Shown: positions 1 to 8,713 of the stretch, in pieces | Position numbering within the stretch: position 1 is the first letter of the stretch | Layout of the letters: each line of letters starts with the position of its first letter | Assembly: GCA_021818685.1 (NCBI GenBank) | Contig: JAKATP010000001.1 | Location: forward strand, 17,997-81,996 | Direction: 5' to 3' | Length of the DNA: 64,000 nucleotides | Source: Bacillota bacterium | GTDB lineage: Bacteria; Bacillota; Sulfobacillia; Sulfobacillales; JAIMBI01 | Notes under the pieces: generated by a model | Told to the model about the DNA's origin: nothing | The model's database searches: none | Seen by the model: the letters and a program-made list of their open reading frames with translations, nothing else | Position numbers and translations under genes: made by a program

Positions 1-1363
1 ATCCCTCCGGATCGAGCGGGTTGATGGGCAGGGCGTCTTCCAGTTCGGCAATGGCCCCGGCGGTTTCAGACAACAGCAGCACGCCGCGTTGATCGAGCTG
101 CGCGGCGACGAACTCCTTGGCCACGAGGTTCATGCCATCCATCAGCGAGCTGACGAGAAAGAAATCCGCCGCCCGGTACAGAGCAGCGAGGCGCTTCAGG
201 TCGAGGGGCTTGCGAATGGAGATGACCGGGACCCACCCGTCCGTGCCCCACCGGTGATTGAGATCGGCCACGGCCTCTTCGACCTGGTCGCCGAGGAGTG
301 CGTAATCCGGCACGTCCGAGCGGCTCGGCGCCACCACCTGTAAGAGGACGACCTGTCCCCGACGGTGCGGGTAGCGGCGCAAGAACATGTCGAGTGCCTC
401 AAGCCGGGGGAGGATGCCTTTCGAGTAGTCGAGGCGATCAACGGCGACGCCCAGCACGATGTCCCGGCGCTCCACACGGCGGCGAATGGCGGACGTGAGC
501 CGCCGGGCCGCCGGGAGCGCCGCCGTCTCAGCCACAAAGGGCGTGTCAATGCTGATGGGGAAATTCATGACCCGGACCATGCGCCCCTCGAGGTCAACCG
601 TCCCCTGCTCCATGTCCACCCGGTGGGGCAGCAGCTGGTTCACGCTGTCCAGGAAGCGGCGGCAGTCGTCCTCGGTTTGAAAGCCCAGCACGTCGGCGCC
701 CAGGAGTCCCTCCATAATCTCCTCGCGGTTAGGGCACAGACGGAGAAGCGTAGTGGGAGGCCAGGGAATGTGCCAAAAATGGACGATCCGCTGATTCGGT
801 CGCAGCGAGCGCACGAGCCCGGGCACGAGCGCGAGGTGATAGTCGTGACTCCAGATGGTGTCGGCCGGCACTGAGCAGTCGAGGATGGCCTCGGCGAATT
901 TGCGATTGACATCCTGGTACACGTTCCAGGCCTGACGGTAAAAACGCACGCGCTCCACCGCCAGGTGGCAGAGCGGCCAGAGCCCCGAGTTGGCATAAGC
1001 CAGGTAGTAGCCCCGCACTTCATCTTCCGTGAGGCGTACGCGGTGCAGCAGGTATCGGGGATCGCGCGGAGGAATCGGCACCTGACCGTCCGGTGCTTCG
1101 TCCCAGTCCCGCTCGCCGCTTCCCCACGCGATCCAGACACCCCCCCGGTGACGGAGAACGGGGTCCAGCGCGCTTACAACCCCGCCGGGCGTGCGGCGAA
1201 GCACCGTGCCATGCACCGTGGCCCGGTGAAGCCACGGTTCGCGGTTGGTGACGACGACTAGGGCGGGCGAATCGGGCGTGATGGCAGGCTCCCTCCTCAA
1301 CCGATAAACCGGTAGACTACCGGCCGTCCCGGTCAGCACCTGATTCTGGCAACTTCTCTTCAT
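1..1363 (-). CDS. otsA: alpha,alpha-trehalose-phosphate synthase (GT20, OtsA-like); C-terminus cut by window edge
   Basis: I translated the minus strand myself; the frame is absent from the ORF track because it runs off the edge. It reads ALVVVTNREPWLH, DYHLALVPG, HFWHIPWPP, VDRLDYSKGI and SSLMDGMNLVAKEF, which are GT20 hallmarks. The start is uncertain: in-frame ATG 1363, GTG 1339, TTG 1300, or an SD-preceded ATC at 1282. Confidence 0.8.
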   Translation of the reverse strand, partial: MKRSCQNQVLTGTAGSLPVYRLRREPAITPDSPALVVVTNREPWLHRATVHGTVLRRTPGGVVSALDPVLRHRGGVWIAWGSGERDWDEAPDGQVPIPPRDPRYLLHRVRLTEDEVRGYYLAYANSGLWPLCHLAVERVRFYRQAWNVYQDVNRKFAEAILDCSVPADTIWSHDYHLALVPGLVRSLRPNQRIVHFWHIPWPPTTLLRLCPNREEIMEGLLGADVLGFQTEDDCRRFLDSVNQLLPHRVDMEQGTVDLEGRMVRVMNFPISIDTPFVAETAALPAARRLTSAIRRRVERRDIVLGVAVDRLDYSKGILPRLEALDMFLRRYPHRRGQVVLLQVVAPSRSDVPDYALLGDQVEEAVADLNHRWGTDGWVPVISIRKPLDLKRLAALYRAADFFLVSSLMDGMNLVAKEFVAAQLDQRGVLLLSETAGAIAELEDALPINPLDPEG

Positions 1364-1594
1364 GATACCGTGAGCGGGTGTGCTCCGGCCACCCGTGCCT
1401 GAAGGGGATCGCGCCGTCGGAGGGGAGGGCTCGAGATTCGGTACAATAGCGAAGAGACACCGGGGCGGGACCGCCCTGGCCATTTGTGCGTGGTGAGGTG
1501 AACATTTCTGTCCGATCTCTCTGAACTTCTCGCGCTGTGGCGAATCTCCGACCATTGGACGGAGGTTACCGAGCGCATCCATGCCGGCCAGGAC

Positions 1595-4500
1595 GTGCAG
1601 ATCTTCGGGCTTGCGGGGAGCCTGCCCTCCCTCCTCACGGCCGCCCTGGCCGGGCGGGACCACCCGATGCTGGTGCTGACCCAAGGATGGGGCGAGGCGC
1701 AGCGGGTGGCCGTCGAGGTCGGGGAATGGCTCGGCGAGGATCGGGTAGTGCTGCTCCCGCCCCGGCCCGTGGTTTATGGGGCGGTCACGGCAGCGGGGCA
1801 TGAATGGGAGCACCGACGCCTGGAGGCATTCGATCGCATGCGGCGGCGTCCCGACGTTACCCTCGTCGCGCCGGCTGAAGCGGCGCGCCAACTTGTCCGG
1901 CCCCTCCGCTTCAGTCCAATTTCGCTGCGCGTCGGAGAGGTCGTCGACCGGGATGCCGTGGCCGAGCGTCTGGTTCGTCTTGGCTATGAGCGGCTCCCGA
2001 TGGTAGAGCAGCCGGGCCAGTGGGCGCTCCGGGGCGCGATTCTCGACGTGTTCCCTCCGGAGGGCGAGCCGGTGCGCGTCGAGTGGTTCGGGGATGAAAT
2101 CGATCTGGTGACACACTTTGATCCGGTGAGCCAACGCTCGACCGGTCGTGTCAGTGTGGCGAGTGTGGGGCCTGCGCGGGAGGTGCTCTATACGCGGGAG
2201 GAGGCCCTCCGCGCGGTGGATCGCCTCACGCGGGAGCTGAAGCCGGCTGCCGCAGCCCAGCGGAGTGTGGGGCGGCGGGACGTGGCCGACGCCATGGAGG
2301 CGCGCTGGGAAGAGCGCTTTGGGTGGCTTTTGGACGGACGGTCATGGCCCGGTATTGAGCGTATTATCAGCGCGTTCGGACCCGCGGTCCCCCTTCCCGC
2401 TCTGTTCGATGAGGAGCCGGTCGTGGTTTTTGTCGATCGTGAGCGGGTGCTGGAGGCGGTGCGGGGCCGGGATCTGGAGGAGATCGGCGAGCAGCAGCGG
2501 CGTCTCGAACGAGGCGAACTCCTGCCAGTGGAGTGCGAGGCAAGCTTGGGAGAGAACGAGTTGGCCGCGCGGATGCGGGGTAGGGCTGTCGTCTCGCTCT
2601 CGCTGCTTCCGCATCAGCGACGTCACCAGAGCCACGTCTTCAGCCTGGCGGGGAGACCGGCGCCGCGCGCCCATGGCCAGTGGGATCTGCTCCTGGCCGA
2701 GGTCCAACGTCTGCGAAAGGCTCGTCACCGGGTAGTGCTGGTGGTGAAGGACGCCCAGGTTCAGGCGGACCTGACGCACCGGCTCCTCGACGCCTCGGTG
2801 CCGGTCCGCCAGAGCCTTCCGGAACCGGGGGAGGCCGGCGTGCTGGTCGGTCATCTGGGTCAGGGGTTCATTCTTCCGGAGCTCATGCTGGCGGTCTTCA
2901 CGGAGACGGAGCTCACCGGGCGGGATGTCCGGATCCATCCCGCCCGGCGTCGTTCGGTGACAGGCCAGTCGCTGGTCAAGCTGGCCGAACTCAGTGTCGG
3001 CGACTATGTGGTGCACGTCACCCATGGCATCGCCGTGTACCGTGGCGTGCTCACGCTGGAGGCGGGAGGAAAGCCACGAGACTATCTGCACCTGGAGTAC
3101 GCCGGCGACGACACGCTTTACGTACCGGTCGAACAGCTGGACATGGTGCAGCGCTATGCAGGCGTGCAGGACCGGCCGCCCCGTTTGTCGAGGCTCGGTG
3201 GCGGCGACTGGAGCCGTACCAAAGAACGTGTCCGGGCCTCCGTGCGAGAGATGGCCGAGGAGCTCATTCGGCTCTATGCGGCCCGCAAGGCGCGTCCGGG
3301 TTTTGCCTTTGGGCCGGACACCCCCTGGCAGCAGGATTTTGAGAGCGCCTTTCCTTATGAGGAGACGCCCGACCAGTTGAAGTGTTCCCGGGAGATCAAA
3401 GCCGACATGGCCGAACCCCGGCCCATGGACCGACTGCTGCTGGGTGACGTCGGCTACGGCAAGACGGAGGTGGCGCTCCGGGCGGCGTTCAAGGCCATCA
3501 TGGCCGGCAAGCAGGTTGCCTTGCTCGTGCCGACCACCCTGCTGGCAGAACAGCATCTAGTTACCGCCCGTTCCCGCATGATGGGGTTCCCGATTGTGGT
3601 GGAGGTGTTGAGCCGGTTTCGCAGTGCCCGTGACCAGGCCTCGGTCCTGAAGGCCTTGAAGGACGGATCCGTGGACATGGTGATCGGGACCCACCGTCTT
3701 CTCGGTGCCGACGTGAACTTCCGGGACCTCGGCCTTCTGATCGTGGATGAGGAGCATCGCTTCGGTGTGGCCCACAAAGAGCGCATCAAGCGGCTGCGCG
3801 AGGTGGTGGATGTGCTGACGCTCTCGGCTACGCCTATCCCGCGTACTCTTCACATGGCGATGGTGGGGGTGCGTGACATGAGCGTGATCGAGACGCCGCC
3901 TGAGGATCGCTTCCCGGTGGAGACGGTAGTGGCGGAGTGGGACGAGGACCTTGTCCGCGAAGCGATGCGGCGGGAGCTGGAGCGCGAGGGCCAGGTGTAC
4001 TACGTGCAAAACCGCATCCTGGCTATGGATGGGACGCTGTCCCGGATCCGGGCCATGCTGCCGGAAGCGCGTGTCGCGGTCGCGCACGGTCGGATGGAGG
4101 AGGACCAGCTCGAAGAGGTGATGGCTAGGTTTTTGGCGCAGGAGTACGACATCCTGGTGGCGACCAGCATCATCGAGTCGGGGCTTGACATTCCTTCGGT
4201 CAATACCTTGGTGGTTGAGGACGCCGACCGTATGGGGCTCGCCCAGCTCTACCAGCTGAGGGGCCGGGTGGGCCGCTCGAATCGTTTAGCCTACGCCTAC
4301 TTTACCTTCCGCCGCGACCGGCGGATCACGCCGGAAGCCGAGCAGCGCCTCATGGCCATCCAGCAGTTCACCGAGCTCGGATCCGGCTATCAAATCGCCT
4401 TGCGGGATCTGGAAATTCGCGGAGCCGGGAACCTTTTGGGGCCGGAGCAGCATGGTTTTGTCGCGTCGGTCGGCTTCGAGCTTTATACACAGCTGCTGGC

Positions 4501-4990
4501 CGAGGCCGTCGCGGAGCTTCGGGGTCAGGCACCCGAGGTTCCAATCGAAACGGCTCTCGACTTTCATGTCACCGCTTATGTGCCGGATGACTACGTCGAA
4601 GACGAGCGCCAGAAAATTGCCCTCTATAAGCGTCTTGTATCGTCGGGGAGCCTCGAGGATGTGGAGAGCCTCAGAGAGGAGATGGAGGAGCGGTACGGAC
4701 CGCCGCCGGATGCGGTGCGCGATCTCATCCGCATCACGCGCATCCGGGTGCTGGCAAAAGCGCTCGGCCTCTCCCAGGTGACCCACCGCCGCGATCGCCT
4801 GGTCTTCCGGCTGTCGCACCGCGGCGAGGTGCAGGGAGAAGCCGTTCAGCGTCTCGGACAGAAATACCCCGGCCGGCTCGTACAAATGCAGGGGCGGCAC
4901 CCGGAGCTGGGTTTTCGCCTCCTGGATGGTCAGGAGGACGTACTCACGACGGCGGAGGATGTTCTGGCCACCTTGAAGGGCGTTTCCTGA
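1595..4990 (+). CDS. mfd: transcription-repair coupling factor Mfd
   Basis: 1131-aa ORF with a CarD/TRCF block (VGDYVVHVTHGIAVY) and SF2 translocase motifs GDVGYGKTEVA and VDEEHRFGV. Conserved position upstream of spoVT. The true start is probably upstream of the GTG at 1595 (see finding). Confidence 0.95.
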   Translation: MQIFGLAGSLPSLLTAALAGRDHPMLVLTQGWGEAQRVAVEVGEWLGEDRVVLLPPRPVVYGAVTAAGHEWEHRRLEAFDRMRRRPDVTLVAPAEAARQLVRPLRFSPISLRVGEVVDRDAVAERLVRLGYERLPMVEQPGQWALRGAILDVFPPEGEPVRVEWFGDEIDLVTHFDPVSQRSTGRVSVASVGPAREVLYTREEALRAVDRLTRELKPAAAAQRSVGRRDVADAMEARWEERFGWLLDGRSWPGIERIISAFGPAVPLPALFDEEPVVVFVDRERVLEAVRGRDLEEIGEQQRRLERGELLPVECEASLGENELAARMRGRAVVSLSLLPHQRRHQSHVFSLAGRPAPRAHGQWDLLLAEVQRLRKARHRVVLVVKDAQVQADLTHRLLDASVPVRQSLPEPGEAGVLVGHLGQGFILPELMLAVFTETELTGRDVRIHPARRRSVTGQSLVKLAELSVGDYVVHVTHGIAVYRGVLTLEAGGKPRDYLHLEYAGDDTLYVPVEQLDMVQRYAGVQDRPPRLSRLGGGDWSRTKERVRASVREMAEELIRLYAARKARPGFAFGPDTPWQQDFESAFPYEETPDQLKCSREIKADMAEPRPMDRLLLGDVGYGKTEVALRAAFKAIMAGKQVALLVPTTLLAEQHLVTARSRMMGFPIVVEVLSRFRSARDQASVLKALKDGSVDMVIGTHRLLGADVNFRDLGLLIVDEEHRFGVAHKERIKRLREVVDVLTLSATPIPRTLHMAMVGVRDMSVIETPPEDRFPVETVVAEWDEDLVREAMRRELEREGQVYYVQNRILAMDGTLSRIRAMLPEARVAVAHGRMEEDQLEEVMARFLAQEYDILVATSIIESGLDIPSVNTLVVEDADRMGLAQLYQLRGRVGRSNRLAYAYFTFRRDRRITPEAEQRLMAIQQFTELGSGYQIALRDLEIRGAGNLLGPEQHGFVASVGFELYTQLLAEAVAELRGQAPEVPIETALDFHVTAYVPDDYVEDERQKIALYKRLVSSGSLEDVESLREEMEERYGPPPDAVRDLIRITRIRVLAKALGLSQVTHRRDRLVFRLSHRGEVQGEAVQRLGQKYPGRLVQMQGRHPELGFRLLDGQEDVLTTAEDVLATLKGVS

Positions 4991-5234
4991 GATCGGAGCG
5001 CAGCTTCGGGATCGACACGCATAGCGTGCTGCCGCTCCGGCTACTCTATCGTCGAGCTTCGCGCGGAACATCTTCTCGGCCGACTCTCGTGTCGAATCAG
5101 GAGCAACGCCTGCGTACGCGAGTGGGGTCAGGGCCGACAAACCGCCGTCGTTCAACAATTTCCGAAGCGCTCGAGGCGTCTTGGCATCTGGTGTCCGCCG
5201 CCGGCAGTCGGCGACGGGCAGGGCCGCCGGAGAA

Positions 5235-5265
5235 TGCATAGGGCTCCTCCGGCCCCTATATACTA
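5235..5265 (+). promoter_or_regulatory. candidate forespore (sigma-F/G type) promoter for spoVT
   Basis: TGCATA (5235-5240), 18 nt spacer, TATACTA (5259-5265). This resembles the GCATA-N17/18-CATACTA forespore consensus and lies about 35 nt upstream of the spoVT ribosome-binding site. Confidence 0.4.
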
Positions 5266-5297
5266 GGGCAGGATCCGAGCTGCGAGGGGAGGGTGTC

Positions 5298-5855
5298 GTG
5301 TTGAAGGCAACGGGCATCGTGCGCCGCATCGATGACCTGGGCCGCGTGGTCATCCCCAAGGAGATTCGCCGGACACTCCGGATCCGTGAAGGGGATCCTT
5401 TGGAGATATTTGTCGACCGCGATGGCGAGGTAATCCTGAAGAAATACTCTCCCATCGGAGAGCTGGGGGACTTCGCCAAGGAATACGCTGACTCCCTCTA
5501 TGAAGCCGTCGGGCACATCACCCTCATCGCCGACCGGGACACGGTGATTGCCGTCTCGGGTGCGGCCAAGAAAGAATTTCTCAATAAGGCAGTCGGGGTT
5601 CTCTTAGAGAAATCCATGGATGAGCGTAAGACGCTGGTCTACAACCGCGGCGAGCACCGGCCCAAAGGCAGCGTCATCGGTGACGATGAAGAAGACAAGT
5701 TCGTGGCCGAGGTCATCGCCCCCATCATCTGTGAGGGCGATCCCATCGGCGCCGTCATCCTGTGCAGCCGGGAGCAGGATGCGAAGATGACCGAAATGGA
5801 AGTGAAGCTGGCGGAGACAGCTGCCGGCTTTTTGGCCAAGCAAATGGAACAGTAG
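5298..5855 (+). CDS. spoVT: stage V sporulation protein T (AbrB-family SpoVT)
   Basis: KATGIVRRIDDLGRVVIPKEIRRTLRIREGDPLEIF is near-identical to the SpoVT/AbrB swapped-hairpin N-terminus, followed by a GAF-like C-terminal domain. The track ORF (5181) is over-extended. An SD GGGGAGGG precedes GTG 5298 / TTG 5301. Confidence 0.9.
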   Translation: MLKATGIVRRIDDLGRVVIPKEIRRTLRIREGDPLEIFVDRDGEVILKKYSPIGELGDFAKEYADSLYEAVGHITLIADRDTVIAVSGAAKKEFLNKAVGVLLEKSMDERKTLVYNRGEHRPKGSVIGDDEEDKFVAEVIAPIICEGDPIGAVILCSREQDAKMTEMEVKLAETAAGFLAKQMEQ

Positions 5856-5876
5856 GCGACCTACCACCCGCCACGC

Positions 5877-5905
5877 ACGGACGCCCGCCAGGGGCGTCCG
5901 TTTGT
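5877..5905 (+). terminator. hairpin terminator candidate after spoVT
   Basis: ACGGACGCCC (5877-5886), 5-nt loop, GGGCGTCCGT (5892-5901), then TTGTG. The U-tract is weak. Confidence 0.45.
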
Positions 5906-5987
5906 GCGCGCGCGTTGGCAGTTCTCCCCGCGACTCGTTACACTTTAGGCGCACAGCTTGGTGACGCGGACTGCGGGGGGATGACTC

Positions 5988-6830
5988 ATGGCACGGCGGA
6001 CGACTCTCGTAGACATCGGGCGCATAGTGGCGGCGTCCACGCCGCTTGTAATGGTGACTGCCTATGACTTTCCGTCGGCGCGCCTGGCCGAAGAGGCGGG
6101 GGTGGACCTCATCCTGGTCGGGGACTCGATGGGTACGACCGTCTTCGGGGAGGCCGATACGCTTGGGGTGACGCTTGACGACATCATTCGCCACGCAGGC
6201 GTGGTGGTGCACGCCACCACGCGGCCTCTCATTGTGGGAGACCTCCCCTTCATGACCTATCAGGAGTCGGCCGAGCAGGCGCTTAGATCGGCCGGCCGTC
6301 TGATGCAGGAGGCGCGGGTCCAGGCCGTCAAGCTGGAGGGCGGGCGGCGATCGTCGGAGCAGATCCGGCGGCTGACCGAGGCCGGGGTGCCTGTGATGGG
6401 TCACATTGGTTTTACCCCCCAGTCTGTGTACGAGTTGGGGGGCTTTCGCGTCCAGGGACGGGGGTCGGCCGCGGACACTCTGATGGAAGATGCGCTGGCA
6501 GTCCAGGATGCCGGCGCCTTTGCGTTGGTGCTCGAGATGGTCCCGGGCCCGATCGCAAGAGCCGTCACGAAACGGCTCACCATCCCCACCATCGGTATTG
6601 GGGCGGGACCGGAGACGAGCGGTCAGGTGCTCGTATTCCATGATCTGGTCGGGCTCACGCTCGGCCGCCAGCCTCGATTCGCCCGGCGGTTCGCCGATGC
6701 GGCCGGCGTGATCCGCGAGGGCCTTCGCGCCTATGCGGCGGAGGTCCGGGCCGGTACGTACCCGGGCCCCGGCGAAACCTTCCCTGACGACGACGCCGAC
6801 GGGGCGACGGCCGGACATGGAGAGAGTTGA
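5988..6830 (+). CDS. panB: 3-methyl-2-oxobutanoate hydroxymethyltransferase
   Basis: 280 aa. LVMVTAYDFPSARLAEEAGVDLILVGDSMG and VKLEGG are typical PanB blocks. SD GGGGGGA lies before the ATG. Confidence 0.92.
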   Translation: MARRTTLVDIGRIVAASTPLVMVTAYDFPSARLAEEAGVDLILVGDSMGTTVFGEADTLGVTLDDIIRHAGVVVHATTRPLIVGDLPFMTYQESAEQALRSAGRLMQEARVQAVKLEGGRRSSEQIRRLTEAGVPVMGHIGFTPQSVYELGGFRVQGRGSAADTLMEDALAVQDAGAFALVLEMVPGPIARAVTKRLTIPTIGIGAGPETSGQVLVFHDLVGLTLGRQPRFARRFADAAGVIREGLRAYAAEVRAGTYPGPGETFPDDDADGATAGHGES

Positions 6831-7692
6831 GGAAGCGTCCGACCTCCGGCGGATTCTGGCATCCGTCCGGGCCGACGGGCGGCGCATAGGGTTCGTTCCA
6901 ACCTTGGGTGCCCTGCATGAAGGTCACCTGGCTCATGTGCCGATACTGGCCGCGCACACGGACTACGTGGTTATGAGCATTTTTGTCAATCCCCTGCAGT
7001 TCGGGCCCGGGGAGGACTTCGAACGATATCCACGCTCGCTCGACCGCGATGCGGAGCTCGCCCAAAAGGCCGGGGTGGGCCTCCTGTTTCATCCGCAGGT
7101 GGCGACCCTGTATCCCGCGGGGGCCGAGACCCTAGTCGAGGTGCCGGAACTCTCCGCCCAACTCGAAGGGGTCGTGCGCCCTACCCACTTTCGCGGCGTC
7201 GCGACCGTGGTGGCCAAGCTTTTGAACCTCGTCCGGCCAGACCTGACCTCGTTCGGTCAGAAAGACCTCCAACAGCTTGTCGTGGTGCGGCGTATGGCTT
7301 TAGACCTGCACTTTGAGGGGGAGATCGTGGCCGTGCCCACGGTGCGCGAACCGGACGGGCTCGCTCTCTCGTCGCGCAATACGTACCTCGATGCGCACGA
7401 TCGCAAGGCGGCGGTGGCCCTGTACCGGGCATGCCGGGCGGGATTCGAGGCGGTGGTGGCGGGGGAGCGGGTACCGTCTCGTGTCGAGGAAATCATGGCG
7501 GCGGTACTCGGGGCTTTTCCGCGCATCCGGCCCGACTATGCGGTGGTTCGCCGCCTGCACGATCTGAAGCCCATGGAGAGGCTCGTGGGTCGGGTTGCGC
7601 TGATGGTCGCGGCGCGGGTCGGATCCACCCGGCTCCTCGATAACCTGGTGATGGAGGTGGGCCCCGACGGGGTCCGGGAGACGCTCGCGTGA
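6817..7692 (+). CDS. panC: pantoate--beta-alanine ligase
   Basis: GFVPTLGALHEGHLAHV (HxGH-type motif) and SIFVNPLQF. The internal ATG at 6817 (MERVEE) overlaps the panB stop by 14 nt; the track ORF from 6733 is over-extended. Confidence 0.9.
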   Translation: MERVEEASDLRRILASVRADGRRIGFVPTLGALHEGHLAHVPILAAHTDYVVMSIFVNPLQFGPGEDFERYPRSLDRDAELAQKAGVGLLFHPQVATLYPAGAETLVEVPELSAQLEGVVRPTHFRGVATVVAKLLNLVRPDLTSFGQKDLQQLVVVRRMALDLHFEGEIVAVPTVREPDGLALSSRNTYLDAHDRKAAVALYRACRAGFEAVVAGERVPSRVEEIMAAVLGAFPRIRPDYAVVRRLHDLKPMERLVGRVALMVAARVGSTRLLDNLVMEVGPDGVRETLA

Positions 7693-8624
7693 ATGACCGC
7701 ATCGCGATCGTCGGCGGCGGCGCCATCGGCCTGTTGCTGGCGGCCCATCTGGCCCGGGCGGGCCTGGTTGTCACCCTCCTGTGTCGGACCGATGAGCAGG
7801 CGGAGGCCATTCGGCAGAGCGGTGTCGTGGTGGAGCGACCCGGTGAGGAGCACCCTTGGGCGACGCCCGTTGAGACCAGAGTCTTTCGTGCAGAGCGGGC
7901 TCTGCCGGCCCCGTGGGCTATTCTGTGCGTGAAGGCAGCGGACGTGGCTCCGGTACTGAAGGCGTGGCCGCCCGGGCTCGGGTCGGAGGCGGTGGTGACG
8001 CTTCAAAACGGCCTGTCGGCCGCACGCGAACTGCTGCAGGCGGTGGGACCTTGTCGTGCGCTCGTCGGAGTGACGAGGCTCGGCGCGATCCGCATGGGGC
8101 GGGCGCGGGTTCGGCAGGGTGGGTGGGGAGACACCCTCATCGGACCTCTCGATTCCCGGGCGACGAACCGGGCCGCGCAGTTGACCGGCCTTCTGGCCGA
8201 CGTGGGCCTCGAGGTGCGGGCGCTCCCCGACGGCCGGGCCGCCCTCTGGTGGAAGGCGGCCATTAACGCGGCCATCAATCCCCTGACGGCCGTACTCGGC
8301 GTCGCGAACGGCGAGCTTCTTATCCGAACAGAGTGGCACTGGCTGATGCGCGCCGCCGTCGACGAGACCGTCAGGGCGGCGGAGGAAGACGGTGTGGTGC
8401 TGAAGGCTTCGGCCCTTTGGGAGGATGTGCTGGACACGCTCCGGAGGACGGCTGCCAACCGGTCGTCGATGCTGGTAGACGTCGAGGCCGGGCGGCCGAC
8501 GGAGCTCGACGCCATTACGGGAGAAATTCTCGGGGCGTCTGAGCGGCAGGGCCTGCCGGCCGAAGCAAACCGCGCCCTTTATCATCTGGTCTTGGCTCGG
8601 ATTGGCACGGCCGGTCCCCGATAA
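7689..8624 (+). CDS. panE: 2-dehydropantoate 2-reductase
   Basis: Rossmann N-terminus IAIVGGGAIGLLLAAHL and an ApbA/PanE-like C-terminus (STLVDVEAGRPTELDAITG). The GTG overlaps the panC stop. Confidence 0.85.
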   Translation: MNDRIAIVGGGAIGLLLAAHLARAGLVVTLLCRTDEQAEAIRQSGVVVERPGEEHPWATPVETRVFRAERALPAPWAILCVKAADVAPVLKAWPPGLGSEAVVTLQNGLSAARELLQAVGPCRALVGVTRLGAIRMGRARVRQGGWGDTLIGPLDSRATNRAAQLTGLLADVGLEVRALPDGRAALWWKAAINAAINPLTAVLGVANGELLIRTEWHWLMRAAVDETVRAAEEDGVVLKASALWEDVLDTLRRTAANRSSMLVDVEAGRPTELDAITGEILGASERQGLPAEANRALYHLVLARIGTAGPR

Positions 8625-8713
8625 GCCTTGATGAGCTTCGACCATCAGCCCCGGTCAGCAGGCTCGGTCAGCCTCTGGGGGGCGCAACACGTTCGGAGAG
8701 CGAGGACAAATTC

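Noticed and set aside
2342-3556. Long antisense or off-frame ORFs inside well-supported genes. Examples are 2342-3556(-) in mfd, 32153-33142(-) in ftsH, 45932-46921(-), 51827-53170(-) across the fol genes, 62586-63761(-), 56822-57958(+) across ribD, and 24804-25640(-).
   Set aside because: These are the usual shadow ORFs of G+C-rich DNA, where stop codons are rare. Their translations are Arg/Pro/Gly/His-rich, have no motifs, and overlap genes with unambiguous family signatures on the other strand or frame.
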